From a virus (lineage: Duplodnaviria; Caudoviricetes), in the IMG/VR virus record IMGVR_UViG_3300027971_000001: a stretch of 64,000 bases of DNA; one strand, given 5' to 3'. The translations under genes were made by a program, and so were the position numbers. The notes below the pieces were generated by a model. The model was not told the DNA's origin. It searched no databases and was given only the letters and a program-made list of their open reading frames with translations. Of the stretch, positions 1 through 8,826 are shown one piece after another. Position 1 is the first letter of the stretch; each line of letters begins with the position of its first letter.

Positions 1-1
1 T

Positions 2-310
2 ATCGTAACGGAAATTAAAATCTGGAGTTAAACTGAACAATGTATCTAAACGAACACCCTTTCCGTCTTCATAAAGATCGCTGTCAAAAACAAGATATTC
101 ATCGGTATAACCGGCAAATTTGCTGAACATTTCCACAGCAATTGCAATGTTCTCATAAAGTTGATCCTGATGTATTTCGACATTAACAAGTGGAGCACCT
201 AATTGTCTGCTTATTCGAATACCAAGATCATTGAATGCTTGAATACGACTGTTTAAATTAGTACTATAAAATGTACTGACGTTTTGTGTTACTGTGCAAC
301 TCAGGCTCAT
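2..310 (-). CDS. gp13: Neck (head-tail adaptor) protein, T4 gp13-like; 5' part only, runs off the left edge; not in the supplied ORF track
   Basis: Manual translation from ATG at 310: MSLSCTVTQNVSTFYSTNLNSRIQAFNDLGIRISRQLGAPLVNVEIHQDQLYENIAIAVEMFSKFAGY, open to the window edge. The RQLGAP-x-NVE-x-DQL signature resembles the gp13 N-terminus. Confidence 0.75.
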   Translation of the reverse strand, partial: MSLSCTVTQNVSTFYSTNLNSRIQAFNDLGIRISRQLGAPLVNVEIHQDQLYENIAIAVEMFSKFAGYTDEYLVFDSDLYEDGKGVRLDTLFSLTPDFNFRYD

Positions 311-311
311 A

Positions 312-935
312 TTAATTGTTACTGGTTATGGAAACCATAATGGTGGATTTATCTGCTGTTAGTCCTGTAAACATTACATAAAGGGCATTTACACGTTCAT
401 GAAGGGCTGATACAGCGGCTTGTATGGATGAATAATTTAAATCTAAAGCCTGTATTCTTTGTTGATAATAGATATTAGGAGAAAGAATTGCACCAAATCC
501 TACTGATGAAAGTACGGAAAGATAATTTCCACTGTTTCCAACAAGATTGTTATATGCTTCGCTCCAATAAGAACTGTTAACATTTGTAGTTGTATAAACG
601 GATGACCAGCTTCCTGAAAGAATATTGACAGTCAAATATGTGCTTTGCCAATTGGAACTGAAACTTCGAACATGTGTATAAACGCTTTCCCATCTGGAAC
701 TGTTTCCATAAACAGTGGTATAAACACTAACCCAATAACCACTGTTTGCCTGAAGAGTAACATAACCACTATACCAGTTTTCACTGGTACCTTGATCTTG
801 TGTATAAATTATACCTTGAAATTTAGAAGACGGTCCAGCAATAGGATCGGTACCACTTTCCAAAATTCCCGGAGTGGGATTTGTATGGTGGGTGGATCGA
901 TGAAGTTTTCCGTGAAAAGGATAATTGCCAGCCAT
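312..935 (-). CDS. Putative fibrous virion protein with His-rich N-terminus and 14-residue Trp/Tyr repeats (coiled coil)
   Basis: Trp at residues 54, 68, 82, 96, 110 and 124 (exact 14 spacing); FHGKLHRSTHHT N-terminus; lies in the structural operon; TAAATA upstream. Confidence 0.6.
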   Translation of the reverse strand: MAGNYPFHGKLHRSTHHTNPTPGILESGTDPIAGPSSKFQGIIYTQDQGTSENWYSGYVTLQANSGYWVSVYTTVYGNSSRWESVYTHVRSFSSNWQSTYLTVNILSGSWSSVYTTTNVNSSYWSEAYNNLVGNSGNYLSVLSSVGFGAILSPNIYYQQRIQALDLNYSSIQAAVSALHERVNALYVMFTGLTADKSTIMVSITSNN

Positions 936-950
936 ATATTTATTTATAAA

Positions 951-2711
951 TTAATTGCATATTATACTGATTATAAATGCGCCGTCTCCTACTCCTTGCA
1001 TATCTGAACCAGCTTTAATTGTAATAATATTACATTCAGTCCGGAATAGCGGTATGGGGAAAGGAGTATCCCCTTGAATAACATTCAGAATTCCTAATTG
1101 TTGTAAATATAATTTATATAAACATCTGTTAATAGTGTCACTTTGATAATTTTCATTATTTCCTATAAAATTATTGCAATCAACATTTAAAGAAGGATCA
1201 GTCAAAACACCATCATCAATATAGATATTTTTTATAAATTTATAACTTTCATAAATATCCTGATTTGTCATCTGAATGTTTACGGCTGAAAGCGGCAAAT
1301 ATGGATCCAAATCAAATTTGAATCTCTGACGGGATTGATTCAAAAGAACATAATTATTGTTTATAAGTTTGCTTATGCTTTTGTTGAATGTAAGACTTTG
1401 TGAATATTCTTCATTTTTTATGTGTATTTGATCTTTTGAAAAAATATCAAAATCATAAGAATAAAGCATGTTATTGGTCGCATTAGGTTCAAGAAACCTG
1501 AAAAACTCGCCTGCCGAAAGGTTGGTTCCAATTGTTGTTTTTGAAAAAAGAAAAATGCTATCTCTATCTTCGTCCAAATACAAATCCAAAGCTTGCAAGC
1601 TATAATTTCGAATATTGTCTTTAGACAAATCAAATTTTCCAATCTTTGTTGTTGGACGGGAAAAATATTTTTTATAAAGAGATTTGTTTGTGAGAATATA
1701 AAAAATATTAGTATTATCTTTACTAAACAAATATTTTATTGAATATTCTCCGGTTTTTGTTTCTTCGGAAAAATCTACAACTTTGTATGAAGAATCAGAA
1801 ACATTTAGAATTATGATTTTATTTTCTTTGGCCAATAAAAATATATCGGTTATTCCTGTAAACTGATTTTTATGAAGTTTGATATCAACAATCGTATACA
1901 AAGAAAATAGATTTTTTAATATTAAAGAATATCTCCAATTCAATTGGTCGTCAAAAAACTTCAAACAAGAATTTCCGCTGTCCATTACAACTAGAGTTGA
2001 AAGATAAAGATCAGCAGCATAAGGTGTGTTGAATTCATTGTTGTCATATCGACCACCTTGACCACCTATGATTTTCTTCAAATATCGTTTATTGAATTTT
2101 ACATTTTCTCCTCCTATGAAACCTTCAACGTCATATAAAAGAACTTGGTTATTAACCGAATCTACCACGTAAAGATCATTTCCATTAAGAACCAAATCCG
2201 TTATGTTTCCATTTTTTAACTGTGTTTTTTCATCTATATAAATGCTTGAAAGAATAATATTAAATGAAGAATATTCTGTATCAAATTTTGTAAAAAATAA
2301 AGTTTGACCTTGAGATGCAATCAAAACAATGTTTTGACCATCTGTTGTTGGGGAAACAACAAAATCCTTAATATCATCTAATCCAGATAATCCTATTCCT
2401 GTTTGAAAGTTTCTGGCACTAGTATTTGGAACGGAAGTGGAATTCCATGTGGCTTTGGTTTTTCCTGAAATAACACCTAACCAAGATGTGTATGAATATG
2501 GAATTTGATTTGTTAAAATTTTTGTTCGAGAGTACAGATACAAAAGATTTTCATACAAATAATTAAAACGGATATTAATAGCCCCTGCAACGCTAAGTTC
2601 ATTGACAGGTATTTGAATTTTATCAAATACATACGGAAGAGAAATAAAATCTCCTACAACCCGATCAAAAATAAGATTTTCTTTTTGGAAAGATGAGTTT
2701 ATGGCTATCAT
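951..2711 (-). CDS. Putative baseplate/fibre protein with NHL-type beta-propeller
   Basis: NHL-like motifs (DLVLNGNDLYVVDSVNNQV; EFNTPYAADLYLSTLVVMDSGNSCLKFFD). Start placed at ATG 2711, which forms an ATGA overlap with the upstream stop. Confidence 0.6.
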   Translation of the reverse strand: MIAINSSFQKENLIFDRVVGDFISLPYVFDKIQIPVNELSVAGAINIRFNYLYENLLYLYSRTKILTNQIPYSYTSWLGVISGKTKATWNSTSVPNTSARNFQTGIGLSGLDDIKDFVVSPTTDGQNIVLIASQGQTLFFTKFDTEYSSFNIILSSIYIDEKTQLKNGNITDLVLNGNDLYVVDSVNNQVLLYDVEGFIGGENVKFNKRYLKKIIGGQGGRYDNNEFNTPYAADLYLSTLVVMDSGNSCLKFFDDQLNWRYSLILKNLFSLYTIVDIKLHKNQFTGITDIFLLAKENKIIILNVSDSSYKVVDFSEETKTGEYSIKYLFSKDNTNIFYILTNKSLYKKYFSRPTTKIGKFDLSKDNIRNYSLQALDLYLDEDRDSIFLFSKTTIGTNLSAGEFFRFLEPNATNNMLYSYDFDIFSKDQIHIKNEEYSQSLTFNKSISKLINNNYVLLNQSRQRFKFDLDPYLPLSAVNIQMTNQDIYESYKFIKNIYIDDGVLTDPSLNVDCNNFIGNNENYQSDTINRCLYKLYLQQLGILNVIQGDTPFPIPLFRTECNIITIKAGSDMQGVGDGAFIISIICN

Positions 2712-5700
2712 ATGTTTTCTCTCCAAACAATATTTTTAATTTGCGTCAAATAAGGAAAATTATTTAATATAATACTATTCAATTGTTTCTGTATGTATGC
2801 TTTTGCATTAGGATCTGTTATTTTTGAATTATTTATAGAAATATCAACAGCAGGAGACTTGTGGTAAGGAATCCTTTGTCTAAAAAATTTCTCAATTGTA
2901 TCTGTATAATTTCTATTTTCTGCCGGAAGATTCAACATTAAAGGTTGAATATTTTTGGAATATTTCTGAAGAAGGCGTATGGAATAATAATCTAAAGCTT
3001 TTGTAAAGAAAAATACATCCTTTATTTCAAGATTTTTTATTGTGAAAGCGTCACTTATTTTTAATTTCTCATATAAATTAATTCCAGCAAAATATTGTGT
3101 TGCTCCATAAGTGAATGGTTCACTTATGATTTGGCTTAAAGCATACTTTCCTTGATCAAAAGTTTTTGAATCAACAATTTGTCCGTCTACAAACAAAATA
3201 CAATTACCGTTAACAGAATCCAAAGTAAGAGCGAATTCATGATTTCCAAATTTTAGCTGGGAAGCATCAAATTTAAGATTCAATTCTTCCGGATTTTCAG
3301 AAGGATAAATGTTGGGAAGATTAATACGAACCGAAATTGTGTTTTTAGGATAATTCACATCTAAAATTTCATGATTGTAAAGAGAATTTGTGATAGGAGA
3401 TAACAAACATCCAGACAAAGCATAATTAAATGCTATAGGATTTTCATTAACTTGAAATGTTTTTGTATTAATTGAAGCTATCGTGTTTGTGGAAGAACAA
3501 ACGGCATAAATTGTTGTTGTATTTTCTCCTTTGATATATGATGACCCAAAATCACTAGCAACTACATTTTGTGCACTTGAAGGTAAACTGAAGGTTGTAA
3601 TGACAAATCCACCTGAATTGTGTACATAACATGTGGATTTATTATCAAAAATAAAGAAATTTTGATTATCATCTATTGTAAATGTCATAATATTTCCACT
3701 TGTGTTATAAAAACGTGTTTCAATATTATTAGTGCTTACATTCCATTCGAGAATTTCACCGTTTGATTTATAAAAAATTCTTACACCTTCACGAATCTCT
3801 GCATCAGTTCCATCTATAATATAGACTCCAGAACCTATCCGCTTTATGGATTGTGCGCTTACCATTGGAGTTGTTGAATAAAAACGAGTAAAATTGTTGT
3901 AACCTAATTCTTCAGTTCTTCGATTATATGAAACAAAATCTCCTTTAGGTGAAACAAGGAAAAATGTATATGTTTCATCAGAGAAATTGGAAATTGTAGA
4001 TGATAAAGGATTATATTGGGTGCTATCAAAAATTGTATTTTGTGAGTTTATTTGAAACAATTCACCAGTTTTATCCAACACAAAATAATCATCCAAACTT
4101 TCCAATTGAACAATATTAATTAGTGGATTATTAAATGTAATACTATCAATAAAACCAAATTCTTGATTGTAAATATACAATTTATTATCACTTATGATTC
4201 TAATAAATGGTGTAACGGATCTATCCGAATAAATTCCAAAACCTCTGTTTTTATAATTACCTATAATTTCATGGCCAAAAGGATTGTCGAAACTTTTGCT
4301 TGCTAAAGTAAACAAGAACGAAAAGCAATTATCAAATGATTTGCTATTAATCGTTTCATTAATTCCGTATTGACTTCCTGAAAATTTGTACACTCCATTT
4401 TCAGAAGCCAAAATAGTTCCATTTGTTTGTAAATATTGATCAATACCATTGAATAAAATGCTAGAATTATTTTTGTTTATGTATTCATCAATATCGTTTT
4501 TACCTATTCGGTAATAAGCATAAAGACAATATGGTTCAAAAGTCATTTGACTTTTTATATCAAAAATTTCCGTGGGTGTTGTTGCTTCGTTTGTTATACA
4601 ATCGTAATAGCTTTCATAACTGAAAACATCATTTGCTGAAAAAGCTGTTTGTCTGGTTGTTTTGTTAGGGAGAAAATATCTGTCATACCAAATTGGTCTT
4701 GTGGTAGGATCACAAGAACCGCTCAACCAAGAACAAAGCCACGTTCCATTAACTTCTCCGCGAGGATTTCCAAAGTTTGAAGTATCTTTGTAGTTTGAAA
4801 GTTTTTTCCATATTTTATCGGAGAACTCAGGTGTATCTGAATAAATTGCTCCGGATTCAGCTAATGATGAATCGTTTATATTAATAAAATTATATTCACC
4901 CATGTCTAAAGGGGTATGGAAATAACTTATTTTTCCAGGGGCAAACAGATATTCATTTATTTTACTCAAATAATTTTGAGAAAATTTTAAATTTCCTTTT
5001 TCTTGAAATGATCCAGTATTTAAAGAAACATAATTTCGCACTTGCTTATTTTCCGATACAAAAACATTTTCTGATTTTGGAGTAAGAGGATTTTTTTCTG
5101 TAAAGAAATTGTATGGTATTTCTGCAGAAGTTATGTTATTGAATTCAGAATGAAAAACAATTTGATTTTTAGTATTTTCGGATTTTGAACAATCAACATT
5201 AAGATTGTTTGTATCAAATTCTTTTGTGTATGAATACCAAAAAGAGGATAATGTAGAAATCAAATTAAATTTTATTGGAAGAATATTAAAAGTATTATCT
5301 ACTGTAAACTGAATATCACTTCCGCTAAGAGGTAAAAAAGTAAGAGATGATGATGATCGTGTTAATGTATAGACATTATTATTTTTTCTGTAAAAAAATG
5401 TTATACAGTTATTAATGTTATCAAAAATATATTCAAAAGCCTGTTGATAGAGACTGTTTGAATTGAATATGTCACTTGAGCCAGAAAGAAGATAAACATT
5501 ATTGTTTAAAAAGTTTAAATTTAGATAATATTTATTATTATAATATTCATGAGAAATTCTGCACAAATTGTTGGGAAGAAAATCTATTTCAAAATAGTAA
5601 TTAGGATTTTTTCCTCCAAAAAAATTATTTGTGGTAATATCCAAATAATTTGATGAAACTGTAGGATTGATAGACCAATATCTTTGAGATGATTCTTTTA

Positions 5701-5980
5701 TTGCATCTATACCGTTGCTTATGTATGTTACAAACCCATTTCCTTTTTGTGCTGGATTCATCAAAGAAAATGATTCTTCAAATTTAATTGAAGATGTCAA
5801 AACCATATTGGAATAATTGTTATTTTTTTGATCGTATGATTTTGAAAAAAATTCAGGAAAAGCAAAATTCATGCATGAATCACTGAAGATCTTTTGTTGA
5901 ACTGTGTCCAAATCCCTGTCTTGAACATAGGAAACTCCCATGTTCGACCAATTATTTTTATCAAAAACTCTGACAGGCAT
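2708..5980 (-). CDS. Large putative baseplate/fibre protein with central propeller-like region and C-terminal LamG/concanavalin-like domain
   Basis: About 1090 aa. C-terminal HEFALTLDSVNGNCILFVDGQIVDS...FTYGA resembles LamG. Start reassigned to ATG 5980 (MPVRVF), 6 nt after TAAATA and clear of the upstream gene. Confidence 0.55.
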   Translation of the reverse strand: MPVRVFDKNNWSNMGVSYVQDRDLDTVQQKIFSDSCMNFAFPEFFSKSYDQKNNNYSNMVLTSSIKFEESFSLMNPAQKGNGFVTYISNGIDAIKESSQRYWSINPTVSSNYLDITTNNFFGGKNPNYYFEIDFLPNNLCRISHEYYNNKYYLNLNFLNNNVYLLSGSSDIFNSNSLYQQAFEYIFDNINNCITFFYRKNNNVYTLTRSSSSLTFLPLSGSDIQFTVDNTFNILPIKFNLISTLSSFWYSYTKEFDTNNLNVDCSKSENTKNQIVFHSEFNNITSAEIPYNFFTEKNPLTPKSENVFVSENKQVRNYVSLNTGSFQEKGNLKFSQNYLSKINEYLFAPGKISYFHTPLDMGEYNFININDSSLAESGAIYSDTPEFSDKIWKKLSNYKDTSNFGNPRGEVNGTWLCSWLSGSCDPTTRPIWYDRYFLPNKTTRQTAFSANDVFSYESYYDCITNEATTPTEIFDIKSQMTFEPYCLYAYYRIGKNDIDEYINKNNSSILFNGIDQYLQTNGTILASENGVYKFSGSQYGINETINSKSFDNCFSFLFTLASKSFDNPFGHEIIGNYKNRGFGIYSDRSVTPFIRIISDNKLYIYNQEFGFIDSITFNNPLINIVQLESLDDYFVLDKTGELFQINSQNTIFDSTQYNPLSSTISNFSDETYTFFLVSPKGDFVSYNRRTEELGYNNFTRFYSTTPMVSAQSIKRIGSGVYIIDGTDAEIREGVRIFYKSNGEILEWNVSTNNIETRFYNTSGNIMTFTIDDNQNFFIFDNKSTCYVHNSGGFVITTFSLPSSAQNVVASDFGSSYIKGENTTTIYAVCSSTNTIASINTKTFQVNENPIAFNYALSGCLLSPITNSLYNHEILDVNYPKNTISVRINLPNIYPSENPEELNLKFDASQLKFGNHEFALTLDSVNGNCILFVDGQIVDSKTFDQGKYALSQIISEPFTYGATQYFAGINLYEKLKISDAFTIKNLEIKDVFFFTKALDYYSIRLLQKYSKNIQPLMLNLPAENRNYTDTIEKFFRQRIPYHKSPAVDISINNSKITDPNAKAYIQKQLNSIILNNFPYLTQIKNIVWRENI

Positions 5981-5991
5981 AAAATTATTTA

Positions 5992-6876
5992 TTAATATAT
6001 CGGGGCAACACAACTAATTGGAACCAAATAAGTTGAGTTGAATACATCAACTCCTATCATTATATCATTGTTTACAATTGTTATAAGGGCACAATATGCG
6101 GTTAATGGAGGTATATTTGGATATATTGGCTGAGTTGTTAAAGCAGGAACAATTGTAATTGCAAATTGAAGAGGTGGAAGTTCGGGGCGCACAATAACAG
6201 GAGGAATAAACAAATAATCACCTGTTCCCAAAACACCATAATTAATATCCAAAAGTTGTGAACCTTGCAAAGTTAGTAGATAATTTCTGTTATCATCCAA
6301 TAACTGATAATTCAAAATTTTATAATCTAAAATAGGATTGATTATGCTGGGTTGTGTTGCACTTAAATGAACAACAAATACATCCACATAAAAGTTTTCC
6401 CGATAACAGCTGATTATTGCTGTATGGGCAGTGATGAAATCTTCCCCGGTTTCATAAATTCCTGTAATCGAATCTAGTGTAGTAGAACTAGGATTTGTTA
6501 AATCTATGAATTTTTCAACATATTGATTGTTAATATCCGCTGTTATTTTTTGTATTTTATATAATGTTTGATCTACACCAGATAACGAAAATGTTATTTG
6601 AACAGGTGCTGTGAACAAAAATTCATCCTGTTCGTATCTGTGTATCACAATATTTTCAGATGCCGAAAATGTTGAAGTGTTTGTATAAGCAGATAATGGT
6701 AATGCAGAAAGCGATGGAAGTGCACTCAATGAACGGAAAGTTCCAGAACAAAGAACATTAGTATATGTAAAATTATATCCAAATATCGGATCACGATAAA
6801 CATAACCGTCAATTGTGCCGTAACTGACAAAATTTTCTCCCGCCGTCAAATAAATTGTTCCTGTGTTATATTTCAT
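5992..6876 (-). CDS. Hypothetical virion structural protein, Ser/Thr-rich, with Pro-rich linker and Cys-bracketed C-terminal module
   Basis: 294-aa ORF tightly packed in the structural operon; SLSALPSLSALPLSA repeat; C-x26-C tail. Confidence 0.5.
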   Translation of the reverse strand: MKYNTGTIYLTAGENFVSYGTIDGYVYRDPIFGYNFTYTNVLCSGTFRSLSALPSLSALPLSAYTNTSTFSASENIVIHRYEQDEFLFTAPVQITFSLSGVDQTLYKIQKITADINNQYVEKFIDLTNPSSTTLDSITGIYETGEDFITAHTAIISCYRENFYVDVFVVHLSATQPSIINPILDYKILNYQLLDDNRNYLLTLQGSQLLDINYGVLGTGDYLFIPPVIVRPELPPLQFAITIVPALTTQPIYPNIPPLTAYCALITIVNNDIMIGVDVFNSTYLVPISCVAPIY

Positions 6877-6877
6877 T

Positions 6878-8797
6878 TTATATTCCTGTTAATGGACATA
6901 CCAAAGGACTTAAGATATCCAAACCATTGATTGAATATAATGGTATGCTGCTATCTACAATTTCTACTAATGCACAATATGAACTCAAAGGAACAACCGG
7001 AGGTTTCGGACATTGGATTGTCAAAACATATCCACTTAAATCTATTTTCTTCAAGAAAGAAACTGGCAATGGATTCAACAATTGTATGACACAAGGAGGA
7101 ACAACAGGTGCAGGAACATATGCAGGATCGCAATTTAAATTATAAACAGATATTCCATTTGTTGATCGTGCAGCCAGAATTTTACCTTTAATATCCATGT
7201 TAGATCCCAAACGAACATTAGGAGTTAGTGATATGGGTGGATATGTTTTTAACAATAATAAAGATTCATTAGATTCTGAATAGTCATAAATATCGATTAA
7301 TCCAGCATTTGAATTGAGCGAAACTGTATTTCCAGGACGGCTAATGCCTAATGTTGTGTCACTGATTGAAATGGCAGAACCATATTTTGCATCAGGATTA
7401 TCTCCTGCAGAAAGCTGAATGGAATATGACCATACGTTTGTGGTTTGATTTTTTGTAAAAACAAAAACAGCACCGTCAGAACTATATAAACAACCTTTAT
7501 AAGGGGCACTTATTGCGGCAAAATAATCACCCATTGCGATTGAATAACCAAATCCTTCAGAAGAATTTGATATGCCGGAAAGATAAAACACACTGCTATA
7601 ATTTCCTAAACCATCTTTTTCAAATATTTGTGCAGATCCATCGATATAAGATATGATACCTTGATTGTTTTTAAATTTAATATTTGTTGGAATTGAAGAA
7701 AGGGTTGTAATTGATGAATAGTAATTCCAATCGTAGTTGTTTCTTTTGTATATTTCTACAGATGAAAGAGTGGAAAGAAATACATAGTCATTGTCTATGC
7801 TTCCATGAAATCCAAATCCAGAAACATTATTTGAATATACAGTATATTCTTTTACAACATTTCTTCCTAAATTTCTATAAATGTCAATAGAATTATTGAG
7901 TGTGTTTCTTACAAGCAATTTATCATTTGAATTATCCAGGAAGTTTTCAATAATTGAAGCATCATAATTTATTGTTTGACGCTCATCATAAGGAGCGGTG
8001 CTTGAAGTGGTAAGAATATAATCATTAAAAGACTTGTTTCCTGATTTTTCAGAAAATAAATTATTAGAACCTAAAAACAATTTTGAAGTTTGACCAACAC
8101 TAAACACATTTGTTCGTATAAATTGCAAACAGGTGGATAAGGTTGCATCTAAAATATTGTCCACATTCTGTTCAAATCCGTAGCAATCAAATTCTTTAAT
8201 TTTAAAAACTGTTGTATCATCCGGAGAAATAAAATTACAGGCTATTCGATATGAAGTTTGTTTTCTTTTATCCAGATAGGTTTGAGCCAATGTTACAAAA
8301 TTATCTGGGGAAATCATTTTTTGAACTTTAACCAAACGGCCATGTTCTGTTAAAACAACACGAATTGTTGTATAAATTGCATTATTTTCAGTTGTATAAT
8401 TTTGACCCAATACAATATTGGAGAATGATGAAAGATTTTCAGTATAAGTTAAAAGAGGATAGTCATCAAATTCTGGACCCCTAATAGCTATTGTATTTGG
8501 ATTGTTTTTATAATCACCATCATTTCTTCCGTCACCTTTTTTGGAAAATTCTCCTGTAACGTCTAATCCAATACCTATATATGCACCTTTTAAACCCTCA
8601 TATCCTGTATATGGCGAATAACCTAATGATCCATTTATTCCCCCTCCATATGGTGAAGACAAAGAATCTTCATAAAATGCAATCGATATTCCTCCTGAAC
8701 AGGACGATACTGGATTAAAAATAGAAAAGGTCAACGATGTCGCAATATCATGGCGACTATCGAATGATTTTTCGTTATATATCCTATTGAATTGCAT
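6878..8797 (-). CDS. Putative receptor-binding protein: N-terminal legume (L-type) lectin domain plus FG-GAP-like beta-propeller
   Basis: GGISIAF...GGGINGSLGY...GAYIGIGLDVTGEF matches the L-lectin pattern; FGYSIAMGDYFAAISAP...GAVFVF and YGSAISISDTTLGISRPG...AGLIDIY are FG-GAP-like repeats. Confidence 0.65.
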   Translation of the reverse strand: MQFNRIYNEKSFDSRHDIATSLTFSIFNPVSSCSGGISIAFYEDSLSSPYGGGINGSLGYSPYTGYEGLKGAYIGIGLDVTGEFSKKGDGRNDGDYKNNPNTIAIRGPEFDDYPLLTYTENLSSFSNIVLGQNYTTENNAIYTTIRVVLTEHGRLVKVQKMISPDNFVTLAQTYLDKRKQTSYRIACNFISPDDTTVFKIKEFDCYGFEQNVDNILDATLSTCLQFIRTNVFSVGQTSKLFLGSNNLFSEKSGNKSFNDYILTTSSTAPYDERQTINYDASIIENFLDNSNDKLLVRNTLNNSIDIYRNLGRNVVKEYTVYSNNVSGFGFHGSIDNDYVFLSTLSSVEIYKRNNYDWNYYSSITTLSSIPTNIKFKNNQGIISYIDGSAQIFEKDGLGNYSSVFYLSGISNSSEGFGYSIAMGDYFAAISAPYKGCLYSSDGAVFVFTKNQTTNVWSYSIQLSAGDNPDAKYGSAISISDTTLGISRPGNTVSLNSNAGLIDIYDYSESNESLLLLKTYPPISLTPNVRLGSNMDIKGKILAARSTNGISVYNLNCDPAYVPAPVVPPCVIQLLNPLPVSFLKKIDLSGYVLTIQCPKPPVVPLSSYCALVEIVDSSIPLYSINGLDILSPLVCPLTGI

Positions 8798-8826
8798 ATA
8801 AATTATTTAATTGTAAATTTCCTTTG

